This document shows positions 9,173 through 17,758 of a stretch of DNA of 64,000 nucleotides, piece by piece. How positions within the stretch are numbered: position 1 is the stretch's first letter; every line of letters starts with the position of its first letter. The DNA comes from an uncultured Pseudomonadales bacterium (GTDB taxonomy: Bacteria > Patescibacteriota > Microgenomatia > UBA1400 > UBA1396), in assembly GCA_964511175.1 (NCBI GenBank), contig CAZEEI010000001.1, positions 147,187 through 211,186 on the forward strand. The letters run 5' to 3'. A program made the position numbers and the translations under genes. The notes beneath the pieces are model-generated. The model ran no database searches. It was given only the letters and a program-made list of their open reading frames with translations, and was not told the origin of the DNA.

Positions 9173-9556
9173 TTATTTTACAGAACAGCGCAGAGTCTGT
9201 TCTAACTGCGCGCCGGCGGCGTGTACAAAATGATGTTCTACCCAATCCCAGACTGGCTGGAGAACCGGCACCAGAGTTCGACCCAAAGGTGTCAGGTGGT
9301 ATTGCGTGCGCGGCGGAATTTCGGCAAAAATACGCTTCGAGATCAATCCATTTTTGATTAGTCGCTGCAGTAGCGCTGCCACGGTTTTTTCCGCAATCTT
9401 CTCTTCTTGGGAAAGTAAAGTGCAAATTTCACCAAAACGGCGCGGTTGGGTGGCTAAAGCGCCAATAATCCGAATAGTGCGGGGATTGGTGACCAAAAAG
9501 AAAACTTCCCAGTATACTTCCTGCGCTCCAGTACTTACTTTAAAAAATTTTGGCAT
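9173..9556 (-). CDS. HxlR-family winged-helix transcriptional regulator
   Basis: PRRFGEI, LQRLIKNGLISKRIFAEIPPRTQYHLTPLG, WDW. Confidence 0.9.
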   Translation of the reverse strand: MPKFFKVSTGAQEVYWEVFFLVTNPRTIRIIGALATQPRRFGEICTLLSQEEKIAEKTVAALLQRLIKNGLISKRIFAEIPPRTQYHLTPLGRTLVPVLQPVWDWVEHHFVHAAGAQLEQTLRCSVK

Positions 9557-9584
9557 CGCCAGTAACTTACCATAATTCCCCTTA

Positions 9585-9600
9585 CTTACCAAATGGTAAG
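9585..9600. promoter_or_regulatory. probable HxlR-family operator
   Basis: Perfect inverted repeat CTTACC-AAAT-GGTAAG upstream of the regulator; extra CTTACC at 9566. Confidence 0.55.
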
Positions 9601-9661
9601 CTACTTTCCGGACAAAAACAAAACAAAGACAACTCTGCTGACTAGTATAGCTTGAGTCGCT

Positions 9662-9969
9662 ATGTCAGAATTTGACTAAGTTATTGATTTAACCAAGGAG
9701 AATTTGATGCCGCCCCATCGATCAAAAAAGTGGAGGCCGTCGCTGCGTTACACCAAAGACACGAAATGTATGATGAACTGTGTAATTTCCTGTTTAATTC
9801 AACCGACTGGTTCCCAGAAAGGACCCAACGTCTGGCAGAGTTAATTGTAACTTACAAAACCGATCCTTTATCATTCACCAGTTTGTTGAACCGATTAAAA
9901 GCGGGAATAAGTTTGCTTTTCCCCAGAAATAGATATCTTACACTAAGTACAAAAATCCTGAGGGGTTGA
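9662..9969 (+). pseudogene. degenerate paralog of 8793..9170
   Basis: ATG 9662 reads MSEFD*VID (cf. MLWDQEVID), then a frameshift; later LCNFLFNSTDW...RLAELIV...LFPRNR matches the paralog. Confidence 0.5.
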
Positions 9970-9978
9970 TAAAACAGA

Positions 9979-10620
9979 CTATGTTTTCTGATTTAAATCT
10001 GCAAACTTTTCTACGCCAGCAGTAGTGGCAATGAGCTCGATGTAACCTTTTACTTTCTCTTGCACTGAGGGCAATCTGTGAGATGGAGCTAGATAATTGT
10101 TGGAATTTCTGTTTGCATACTCACTCAGTAAATCTATAGCCTTTTTAACTAAAGCAGCGGCAGCCAGGTCGTCCTTATCTACGACCACTGACATCGCAAT
10201 TTTTAGAATAGCATCAACCGCCTGACCATGGATTTCCCCCTCATTGCTTTTGTCTAGCAGTTCGAGTCTTCTAGCAACCTGGTCTAACCCAGCCTCTTTT
10301 ACTTTTAAATCATCTTCTCGATCAGCGGCATCAGCGATAACGTCAACTGCCTCTTTTTGCACTGAGGGCAATCTGTGAGATGGAGCTAGATAATTGCTGG
10401 AATTTCTGACAGCATAGTCGCCAATGCTTTGCAGACCAGCTATCTTAACTGCTGCGCTACTATCTGCAGCGGCAACAATCTTTGCTAAGGCTACTAGTGT
10501 TTCTCGGTGGAGAGAACCATCATCTGAAGAATCTATTTTATCAAAGCCCTGAGCTAGAGCTTTTATTGCTTCCAGCTGAACATCAACTAATGCGTCAACT
10601 GGGCGTACTGATTCTGGCAT
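9979..10620 (-). CDS. alpha-helical (HEAT-like) repeat protein with internal duplication
   Basis: RNS[SN]NYLAPSHRLPSVQ twice, 99 aa apart; SD AGGAG. Confidence 0.7.
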   Translation of the reverse strand: MPESVRPVDALVDVQLEAIKALAQGFDKIDSSDDGSLHRETLVALAKIVAAADSSAAVKIAGLQSIGDYAVRNSSNYLAPSHRLPSVQKEAVDVIADAADREDDLKVKEAGLDQVARRLELLDKSNEGEIHGQAVDAILKIAMSVVVDKDDLAAAALVKKAIDLLSEYANRNSNNYLAPSHRLPSVQEKVKGYIELIATTAGVEKFADLNQKT

Positions 10621-10667
10621 AAACTTTCTCCTGTAATTTTATATACTCATTGTACATCACTTAATTT

Positions 10668-11555
10668 CTATTGAAACGCTGACCACAGCTTACTGACGTC
10701 ATGGGGTCTGACCTCATCGACGAGTTCCGTGGTGGCGCCGGCGCGCGACGGATGGCGGTCCAGAAACGTCGCTTGGTCTTGCCGTTCGTACAGTACACCG
10801 ATCGCGATTTTATTTTCTAAGTCCGCCGCCGTCGCGCGCGCTTGTTCCCAGTTAGTTGGATCGTAATTTTTCATTTGGGCGATATCGTAAACCCGTTCCT
10901 GGTACCACTCATGTGGGGTCGACTTATTGTAGGTGGGACAACTTTGCAAAACCTCAACAAAGCTGAAACCTTTGTGCTGAATGGCTCGTTGGAATACACC
11001 AGTCATATGGTGGATGTCGCCAGAGAAAGTGCGGGCGGCGAATTGAGCGCCCAGCTCCAAAACCAAGCGGATTGGGTTAAGTGGGGTCGCCACTGGACCG
11101 TTAGGGGCCGAGTTCATCGCAACGCCTGGTTTAGTAGTGGGCGAAGCTTGTCCCGTAGTGAGGCCGTAGTTGAGGTTATTATGGAGGACAAAGGTGAAAT
11201 CATAGTCGTGGCGAACCGCCGTAATGAGGTGGTTGATGCCTTCCGCCAGGGTGCCGCCGTCGCCGCCAAAAGCCAGTACCTTGACCCGGCGGTTCGCCAC
11301 CGCCGCCCCGCTGGCCAGCGGCAGGACGCGCCCGTGGAGGCCGTGAATCCGGTAGCCGTCGATCTTATCCGAGTGGTTACCGTGGCAGCCGATGTCGAAG
11401 GCCAGCAAAACCTGGCAAGGATGAAGATTTTCTACTTGCAGGGCGCGCCGCAGGGCGCCGTGGATGCCGTAGTTGCCGCAGTTAGTGCACCAGGTGTGAA
11501 TATTCGGCGACAGATAATCGCCCATTTGTACTGGTTGGTCGCTGTGGCAGCTCAT
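10668..11555 (-). CDS. korB: 2-oxoacid:acceptor oxidoreductase beta subunit
   Basis: WCTNCGNYG, DIGCHG, HGLHGR, TPP motif GGDGG...NNLNYGLTTGQASPT. Confidence 0.95.
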   Translation of the reverse strand: MSCHSDQPVQMGDYLSPNIHTWCTNCGNYGIHGALRRALQVENLHPCQVLLAFDIGCHGNHSDKIDGYRIHGLHGRVLPLASGAAVANRRVKVLAFGGDGGTLAEGINHLITAVRHDYDFTFVLHNNLNYGLTTGQASPTTKPGVAMNSAPNGPVATPLNPIRLVLELGAQFAARTFSGDIHHMTGVFQRAIQHKGFSFVEVLQSCPTYNKSTPHEWYQERVYDIAQMKNYDPTNWEQARATAADLENKIAIGVLYERQDQATFLDRHPSRAGATTELVDEVRPHDVSKLWSAFQ

Positions 11556-13300
11556 GCGGACTCCTTGTTGAAGTGTTCGAGAATATCGTCCACAAAGAAC
11601 GGTCGGCCGTCGAACTTTAGCCAGCGATCGGTAAAGGTAATCCCAGTGTGCTGGGTGATCAGGCCACCCAGTTGGCCGGTGGCGTTGTTTTCCACGATAA
11701 TCAACTTTTGAGCTGACTGCGCAAATTTTTTCAACACCATCGTTTTTAACGGCCAGAGATATTCGTAGTGCAGGTAATTAACGCTGGGACCACCTTGTTC
11801 AGCCAAGGCTTGAATGGCATCCAGCACTGGTCCTTTTACACTTCCCCACCCCACCAGCGACCACTGCGCTTGCTCTGGACCATAAACCACCGGCTCCGGC
11901 AATTCCGCTGCTAAAGCATCAAGTTTGCGCAAACGTTTGGCGTACATCGCCGCGCTGGCTGCGCCATCCTCCGTAATGGAACCGTCGGTGGAATGTTCGT
12001 CGCCGTTGGCGTCATAAGTAGCGTCGGCTTGGCCTGGCAGCCAGCGCGGCGAAACTCCGGAATCGGTGAATGCGTAACGGTCGCTGGGTTTGAGTTGGTC
12101 AAGTTGATTGTCCGGCACGAGTCCCCGTTCGATCGGCAAGTTGTCCGGTATTTTACTCATTTGCCACAATGATTCCGCCACATTCTTTTCGGTCAATAAG
12201 ACGGCCGGCAGTTGGTATTTTTCGGCTAAGTTTAAGGCGTGTTGGACTAAACGGTAACTGGACTCACCATCGCTGGCGGCTAAAACTAGCCTGGCGAACT
12301 CACCGTGACCGCTGTAAATAGCGAGGTTAAGGTCGGCCGCGCTGGTCCAGGTAGGTAAACCAGTAGCCGGTCCGGGCCGCTGAGCCAGGACGCACACCCA
12401 GGGACACTCGATCATGCCTGCCAGGGAAAGCGATTCGGTCATCAGGTCAAAGCCGCCGCCGGAAGTGCCACACAGCGTCCGCGCCCCCATAAACATACTG
12501 CCGATGGTGGTTTGGGCTACACCGATTTCGTCGTCTAACTGCTGAACTAACATTCCTACTTCGCCGGCGACTTCGGCCAAATAAGTGAGGATGGTGCTGG
12601 CGGGTGTCATGGGATAGGAATAGTAGGCGCGGACGCCGGCGGCGGCCGCGCCGAGGGCAGTGAGGTGGTTGCCGCTAATAATCGCATCGTCTTGGGTGTT
12701 TGCCGATCGCGCGAATGGCCAAACCACAGGTGTAACTTGGGTTAGTTTTTGTTCAAAGCCGCGTTGAGCGCAGACGAAGTTGCCCTCTAGTACCTGTGGT
12801 TTGGCCGCAAAGACTTTAGTAAGTACTTGTTTGATCGTGGCTAAGTTTAGTCCCAGCACCTGCCAGAGAGCGCCCATTAGGACGGTGTTGGCCATGATCC
12901 GTTTGCCGCAGACTTCGATCGAAACTTGGAGGGCGTCGACAAACTCCACGGTAATCCGGTTCTCGTCCAGCCATTGTTTTTCGTCCGGTTTTAAATCGAG
13001 ACGCGGAATGTCGTGAAGGATGCGTCCGCCAGGGTTGACGGTTTTCAGGTAGTGGTGCAGGGAAAAACGGCTCAAGCTCAACAGAATGTCGCACCCTCCG
13101 GCGCTGGAATAGATTGGTCGGTCGCTTAAATCAATCTGGTGCGAAGCTTTCCCGCCTTCAATCAACGACGGATATTCACGGTAACTAAAAGTGTAACAAC
13201 CCTCCCGCTTGAAAGCGCGACCCAGCAGCTCGCCCATCGAGGTCAGACCCTGCCCGTTTTCGCCAACCAACTTAATGCTTAAACGATGCTGATCAACCAC
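11552..13300 (-). CDS. korA: 2-oxoacid:acceptor oxidoreductase alpha subunit (gamma-alpha fusion)
   Basis: GENGQG, YPMTPAS, TSGGGFDLMTE, QRPGPATGLPT. Confidence 0.95.
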   Translation of the reverse strand: MVDQHRLSIKLVGENGQGLTSMGELLGRAFKREGCYTFSYREYPSLIEGGKASHQIDLSDRPIYSSAGGCDILLSLSRFSLHHYLKTVNPGGRILHDIPRLDLKPDEKQWLDENRITVEFVDALQVSIEVCGKRIMANTVLMGALWQVLGLNLATIKQVLTKVFAAKPQVLEGNFVCAQRGFEQKLTQVTPVVWPFARSANTQDDAIISGNHLTALGAAAAGVRAYYSYPMTPASTILTYLAEVAGEVGMLVQQLDDEIGVAQTTIGSMFMGARTLCGTSGGGFDLMTESLSLAGMIECPWVCVLAQRPGPATGLPTWTSAADLNLAIYSGHGEFARLVLAASDGESSYRLVQHALNLAEKYQLPAVLLTEKNVAESLWQMSKIPDNLPIERGLVPDNQLDQLKPSDRYAFTDSGVSPRWLPGQADATYDANGDEHSTDGSITEDGAASAAMYAKRLRKLDALAAELPEPVVYGPEQAQWSLVGWGSVKGPVLDAIQALAEQGGPSVNYLHYEYLWPLKTMVLKKFAQSAQKLIIVENNATGQLGGLITQHTGITFTDRWLKFDGRPFFVDDILEHFNKESA

Positions 13301-13766
13301 GCGCCTCCCCTTGGCCGCTCAGGTATGGCAAAAATTGTTGCGTCCAGGTGTCGACCAAGTTCATTTGGCCATACGGGTCACCGTTGAGTTTCAGCGGTCT
13401 GAACAAAACGGTACCGTGTTGTTGTTCCCAAACCTCACGCAGTTGATCGATGCCGGTGTTAAAAAACACGTTTTCGTAGCGGATGTCACCCAAGCCAATC
13501 AACCCGGTAACTTTGCCGGTTAAGTCCAGCTTTTTCATCTCATCTATTAACGGGATAAAAAAGGGATTAAGACTGCCGCGCGCCCAAGTGGAAGTGGCCA
13601 AAATAAAGTGGCTATTGTCTCGAATCAAGTCCGGTTTAGTTTGCTCAGTACGATGTAGCGCTACTTCCCATCCGCTTCCCCGCAGACCGGTCGCCACCCT
13701 TTCCACTACGCTTTCCACGTTACCGGAGGTGGAGGCATAGAGGCAATGAATGGTTGGATTGGCCAT
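13293..13766 (-). CDS. flavodoxin
   Basis: YASTSGNVE, ATSTW, GLGDIRY; overlaps the korA start. Confidence 0.9.
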   Translation of the reverse strand: MANPTIHCLYASTSGNVESVVERVATGLRGSGWEVALHRTEQTKPDLIRDNSHFILATSTWARGSLNPFFIPLIDEMKKLDLTGKVTGLIGLGDIRYENVFFNTGIDQLREVWEQQHGTVLFRPLKLNGDPYGQMNLVDTWTQQFLPYLSGQGEARG

Positions 13767-13843
13767 AGTAAGTTGGGTGACTCGACCAGGTCACTGTAAC
13801 ACAAACCGGGTTGTGGTGCCAGTTTGCTTTCTGCTGCCCCGAC

Positions 13844-13973
13844 TATCTTTTTTGCTGAATTCACGATAGAAGTAACTTTCACAATAGAAGTAAAGCTACG
13901 TCAACACTTCTACTATGAAAGTAAGGAACGTTGCGTTACCCTACTTCTAGGTTAAAAAAGTCAAAAAAAGATA
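13844..13973. repeat. imperfect palindromic intergenic element, AGAAGT/ACTTCT family, copy B
   Basis: TATCTTTTTTG...CAAAAAAAGATA termini, internal ATAGAAGT/ACTTCTA; homologous to 2906-2994. Confidence 0.65.
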
Positions 13974-14046
13974 TATAAAACTAAAGTAGCAGCCTTGTTA
14001 CCTACTCACTTCTAAAAGAATCAGCTCGGATGGTAAAAGTGTACCG

Positions 14047-14460
14047 CTAGGACCGCTTAATGTGCACGACGTTTTGGGGTAATTTTTGCAGGTAAAGACG
14101 CAGAAGTGCGTTGCACTGTGGGGTGTTCAAATTATTGATATCAATGACAAACGTGCCCCGTTTGGCTACTAACTGCCAGCCCAAATCGGGAGTAATCTTC
14201 AGGATAAAGTTAGATAATTGCGCCTCATTCCAAGCTAGTGGGTCAAGTCGGAAATCTGGTTTTTCTAGGATGAGTTGGTGCTTGCATAATAATTCGAACA
14301 TTGTCTCCACCGGATAGCTGTCGATCTCTGCAATTAGGGCATCAAGCAAACCGCGTAACCAAATAGCTTGCGCCTCTAACAAAGGACTATCTTTGAGCCC
14401 GCTCAACTCCTCGGCGCCGTTTTGGATTTCTATAATTTGTTTAGCGACTGATCTATTCAT
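14047..14460 (-). CDS. hypothetical protein, array-1 paralog 1
   Basis: LLCKHQLILEKP...LAWNEAQLSNFIL...IDINNL...LY.QKLP. Confidence 0.75.
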   Translation of the reverse strand: MNRSVAKQIIEIQNGAEELSGLKDSPLLEAQAIWLRGLLDALIAEIDSYPVETMFELLCKHQLILEKPDFRLDPLAWNEAQLSNFILKITPDLGWQLVAKRGTFVIDINNLNTPQCNALLRLYLQKLPQNVVHIKRS

Positions 14461-14477
14461 GTGTTGCTGATTGTAAC

Positions 14478-14534
14478 ACTACTTGAATCTTGATTACACG
14501 GTCCGTCTCAAAGAAAACGGCGATGGGACCTATT
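14478..14534 (+). pseudogene. 57-nt relic of the hicB 5' region
   Basis: 54/57 nt identical to 15880-15936. Confidence 0.85.
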
Positions 14535-14605
14535 CCCAGCCGCTTTCTCGCAGACCAGCCGCCACCCTCTCTACCACTGTAGCATAAATGGTCAAAGTCA
14601 CCGAG

Positions 14606-15046
14606 TTAGCGACGTGGTTTGGAAGGATGCTGTAGCTGGATCTGCTGAGGGTAGTGTTCTTGGTACAGGCGCATGAGTTCTCGAGCCTGCGAGACGTTCA
14701 AGCTACCCAGGTCGATGGTGACCGGACCACGACTGGCCGCTAAACTAAACCGCTCGGCAAAACCGACAATCAGGTAGAACTCACCTAGTTTGTGAAGATT
14801 CCATTCGAGGTTAACTGGCTGTCCACTGTAGAAAGTCGGCCAAGCCAAGAGTAAGTTGTGTTTAGCGAGTAAATTGATGAGGACCAAGGTTGGATTAGCG
14901 CTAATATTTTCCACCAGACCCTCGAGTAGGCCAATTAGGTAAAGGGCATTGGCAGCCGAGGATGCTGGGTCATGGTCTCTGGTTAAATCCTGGAAGACTC
15001 CGGCAATCTCGGTTAATCGGTCCGTATTGTTGGTTGGTCTCTTCAT
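14606..15046 (-). CDS. hypothetical protein, array-1 paralog 2
   Basis: LLAKHNLLL...LEWNLHKLGEFYL...IDLGSL...LYQEHYP. Confidence 0.75.
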   Translation of the reverse strand: MKRPTNNTDRLTEIAGVFQDLTRDHDPASSAANALYLIGLLEGLVENISANPTLVLINLLAKHNLLLAWPTFYSGQPVNLEWNLHKLGEFYLIVGFAERFSLAASRGPVTIDLGSLNVSQARELMRLYQEHYPQQIQLQHPSKPRR

Positions 15047-15095
15047 AATGCTGACACCCTATAACATTTCAAATAGTATAACTACTTAACATAAC

Positions 15096-15542
15096 CTAAA
15101 GAGGTAGCCGGAAGGGATTGCGGGAGAGAATCTGTCCGGGATATTTATTTTGATAAATTTGATGTAGTTGTTGGGTTTGGATATCCAAGGCGCCTAAATC
15201 AATTTCCACCGGACCGTTTTTTTCGGCTAAGTGCCAGGCCGGAACAATCAGGTTAAATTCGGCCAGAGCCTCTTCGTCCCAAGGAAGGAAGGGGGTCATT
15301 TTTCCTGGTTTAAACACCAGTAAGCCGCAAAAAGTGAGCAACTCCAGCAGGGCCATACCGGGATCGGCATCAACTTCACTGATTAATTGATTAAGGAGAT
15401 TACGCAAGAGAGCCGCTTCCGCAACCAACCTTTCTGGGAATCGATTACCGGCTTGTTCATGTAAAAGGTAAACATCTAGGTTTGCGGTTTGTCGCTTGAT
15501 AGCGGCAATGCGCTTAGTGTGGCTAGACTCAATTTTACTCAT
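15096..15542 (-). CDS. hypothetical protein, array-1 paralog 3
   Basis: LPWDEEALAEFNL...IDLGAL...IYQNKYP. Confidence 0.75.
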   Translation of the reverse strand: MSKIESSHTKRIAAIKRQTANLDVYLLHEQAGNRFPERLVAEAALLRNLLNQLISEVDADPGMALLELLTFCGLLVFKPGKMTPFLPWDEEALAEFNLIVPAWHLAEKNGPVEIDLGALDIQTQQLHQIYQNKYPGQILSRNPFRLPL

Positions 15543-15587
15543 ATCTCGATTGTAACATTTTTAATTTTTCGACAAGCTTCGATCCAC

Positions 15588-15616
15588 TTGAATATTAGTA
15601 CTACGAGTGGTACTAT
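15588..15616 (+). promoter_or_regulatory. hicAB promoter with operator
   Basis: TTGAAT-17-TACTAT overlapped by the inverted repeat TAGTACTAC-GA-GTGGTACTA (15596-15615). Confidence 0.7.
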
Positions 15617-15625
15617 TAACACTAA

Positions 15626-15877
15626 ATGACTAAAAGGGACAAAAGAATTCGCAAACTTTTTACCAATCCTAAGACAATTAGTTTTGCCAAACTTGATTCT
15701 ATTCTGGATAACTTAGGATTTGAGTGCCGACAGCCACGATCAGGGAGCAGCCACTACGTCTATACTAAAGGTCAGATCCAAATTACCGTGCCGTATAAAA
15801 AACCGTACGTTAAGGAGATCTACATTAAACGTATAACCGAAATAATTGAGGAGATATATGAGCCAAAAGAATCTTAA
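15626..15877 (+). CDS. hicA: HicA-family mRNA interferase toxin
   Basis: LGFECRQPRSGSSHYVY, ITVPYKKPYVKEIYIK. Confidence 0.9.
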   Translation: MTKRDKRIRKLFTNPKTISFAKLDSILDNLGFECRQPRSGSSHYVYTKGQIQITVPYKKPYVKEIYIKRITEIIEEIYEPKES

Positions 15878-16205
15878 ATACTACTTGAATCTTGATTACA
15901 CGGTCCGTCTCAAAGAAAACAGCGACGGGACTTATTTTGCCGAAGTTGAGGAACTACCAGGTTGTTTAACCGAGGGCGATACCAAGATTGAAGCCTTACA
16001 AATGATTGATGATGCTAAACGGGTGTGGCTGGAAGTAGCTTTAGAAAAAGGTTTGAGGATTCCGGAACCAGCCAGCGACGAGTTTAGCGGTAAATTAAAC
16101 GTGCGTTTGCCCAAATATTTACACCGTCGGTTAAGTTACCGCGCTAAACAAGAGGGAGTGAGTCTCAACACGCTGATCAGTACCGGTTTATCGACACTGG
16201 TGTGA
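15858..16205 (+). CDS. hicB: HicB-family antitoxin
   Basis: YFAEVEELPGCLTEGDT, C-terminal RHH SGKLNVRLPKYLH...EGVSLN. Confidence 0.93.
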   Translation: MSQKNLKYYLNLDYTVRLKENSDGTYFAEVEELPGCLTEGDTKIEALQMIDDAKRVWLEVALEKGLRIPEPASDEFSGKLNVRLPKYLHRRLSYRAKQEGVSLNTLISTGLSTLV

Positions 16206-16231
16206 ACCGTCAACAACTTACAATCCAACAT

Positions 16232-16681
16232 TTACGCCACGGAATCATCATCAGGATCGCCGGGAGAGATGAACACCACTTTGCTGGGAAAGTTGGTCTG
16301 GTAGATACTCAGCAAAGACACTAGGTCGGTACCGGTTAAAGGACGCAAATCGATCCTAATATGCTGTGGTAGATTAACCAAATAATATCGATCGTGACCA
16401 TCGGGCTGATTGTTATAAATAGCTAAGGTAAAACCGGCCAACGTTTTTTCATTCCACGGCAACATCGGCCGCCCAACCACCTTTTTGTCCAAGACTAAAT
16501 GATGTTGCCCTAGTAAGTTGAGGGTATTTTGTAAATCGGCCGCCGCCAAATCCTCGGCCAATTCGTCAACTAGGGTGCGCAGATACTGTACCTTCGCCTG
16601 CCAGACGCGGCTCGATTCTGTCTCTTGCAACTCCTGCGCCGACTCAATAATTGCTGATAATTTATGTTGACGCGATATCAT
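16232..16681 (-). CDS. hypothetical protein, array-1 paralog 4
   Basis: LLGQHHLVLDK...LPWNEKTLAGFTL...IDLRPL...IYQTNFP. Confidence 0.75.
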   Translation of the reverse strand: MISRQHKLSAIIESAQELQETESSRVWQAKVQYLRTLVDELAEDLAAADLQNTLNLLGQHHLVLDKKVVGRPMLPWNEKTLAGFTLAIYNNQPDGHDRYYLVNLPQHIRIDLRPLTGTDLVSLLSIYQTNFPSKVVFISPGDPDDDSVA

Positions 16682-17073
16682 TTGTTTTTCCGTTGATAGA
16701 AATTACACAACCAATCGGTATTGGCTTCATCCAGTGGGCTTAAATCGAATTTTATTTTTCGGCCAAAATTAATTAGCCGCCAAACACCGTCACGAATGTT
16801 GGTTAAAGTAAACTGCGCCAGCATCTTCTCATTCCAAGGTAGGATTTTGCCGCCCGACTGACCCGCGTCCGCAGTTTTATCCAGTAGTAAATGTTCTTGC
16901 CGCAGACGGCGGATTAAATAGTCTCGATTAGTCTCTGAATTAGCCAGCCAATCGTTAATCATGCCTAGTAGGGTCAGACCCAGACCCCGTTGTTCCTCGG
17001 GATCTTTTTTTCCAGCCAACTCTGCCGCAGTTTTCCTAATAGTTTCCAGCGAAGGTGCGTTTACCATGACCAC
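16678..17073 (-). CDS. hypothetical protein, array-1 paralog 5
   Basis: EHLLLDK...LPWNEKMLAQFTL...FDLSPL...FYQ. Confidence 0.75.
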   Translation of the reverse strand: MVMVNAPSLETIRKTAAELAGKKDPEEQRGLGLTLLGMINDWLANSETNRDYLIRRLRQEHLLLDKTADAGQSGGKILPWNEKMLAQFTLTNIRDGVWRLINFGRKIKFDLSPLDEANTDWLCNFYQRKNK

Positions 17074-17145
17074 CAGATTATAACATTCCTTTTCTGTACA
17101 ATACCGATCCAGTTTGTTACACTGCCGCCAATAGAAAGGGGTTTT

Positions 17146-17478
17146 ATGGGTGAGGATTTAGGTGATGCCGAGCAGGAACAGTTAGTAGAAACTAAACAAG
17201 GCAGGATCATGACTTTTGAGGAAATCCAAACACTAGTGCGGCACGCCGAACAATTAGCCAGGCAAATCGGTTTTTCCACCAACCTATTAGTGCAGGGTGA
17301 ATTATTACGAGATTTGACGGAGACGGATCGTCAACTAACCGACTTGGTCGAAAAACGGACCGGTATTGGTTTTACCGACGTACCGGATGTGTTCAGAATG
17401 TATGGCGAAATTATTAGTTTTCACGAACAGATTAGCGATTTAGTGTCAGGACAACCAAATCTGGTTAACCGGCGTTAA
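17146..17478 (+). CDS. hypothetical protein
   Basis: ATG 17146 after AAAGGGG; helical; ends VNRR. Confidence 0.6.
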   Translation: MGEDLGDAEQEQLVETKQGRIMTFEEIQTLVRHAEQLARQIGFSTNLLVQGELLRDLTETDRQLTDLVEKRTGIGFTDVPDVFRMYGEIISFHEQISDLVSGQPNLVNRR

Positions 17479-17514
17479 TTACCCGATCCTAGTACGTTCC
17501 GGTTTGGCCACCAA

Positions 17515-17724
17515 TCAACGGTTAGCTTTACTAGTATCGTATTGGGACTTAACTTTGCGCCGCAAAGCGCTGACCTCTTCGCCTAGTTTAGCCAATTGTT
17601 CCGCCAATAAAGCCGGGTCATATTTAGACAACGTATTGGTTAAACTCTGTATAGAGAAAATACCGTCTTGGATATCGGTGTTAACCATTTCGCCCAGTTC
17701 AACCCTTTTTAGTTTTTTAGCCAT
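17515..17724 (-). CDS. small hypothetical coiled-coil protein
   Basis: 69-aa ORF just downstream of acdAB; ends ANR. Confidence 0.5.
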   Translation of the reverse strand: MAKKLKRVELGEMVNTDIQDGIFSIQSLTNTLSKYDPALLAEQLAKLGEEVSALRRKVKSQYDTSKANR

Positions 17725-17758
17725 AACTCTTGCTTTCTAGTTTTCCTGTTCGGCCCGA

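Noticed and set aside
10060-10408. Diversity-generating retroelement TR/VR pair
   Set aside because: Only 52 nt with a single adenine mismatch, both copies in frame in one gene, and no reverse transcriptase in the window
10842-11711. 289-aa plus-strand ORF
   Set aside because: Antisense shadow of korB/korA with no motifs
10705-16980. Single GGTCWGACC cores at 10705, 13241 and 16972
   Set aside because: Isolated, inside coding sequence and without 17-nt-phased neighbours; may be chance
14047-17073. Integron cassette array
   Set aside because: No attC-like RYYYAAC...GTTRRRY palindromes between the genes and no integrase in the window
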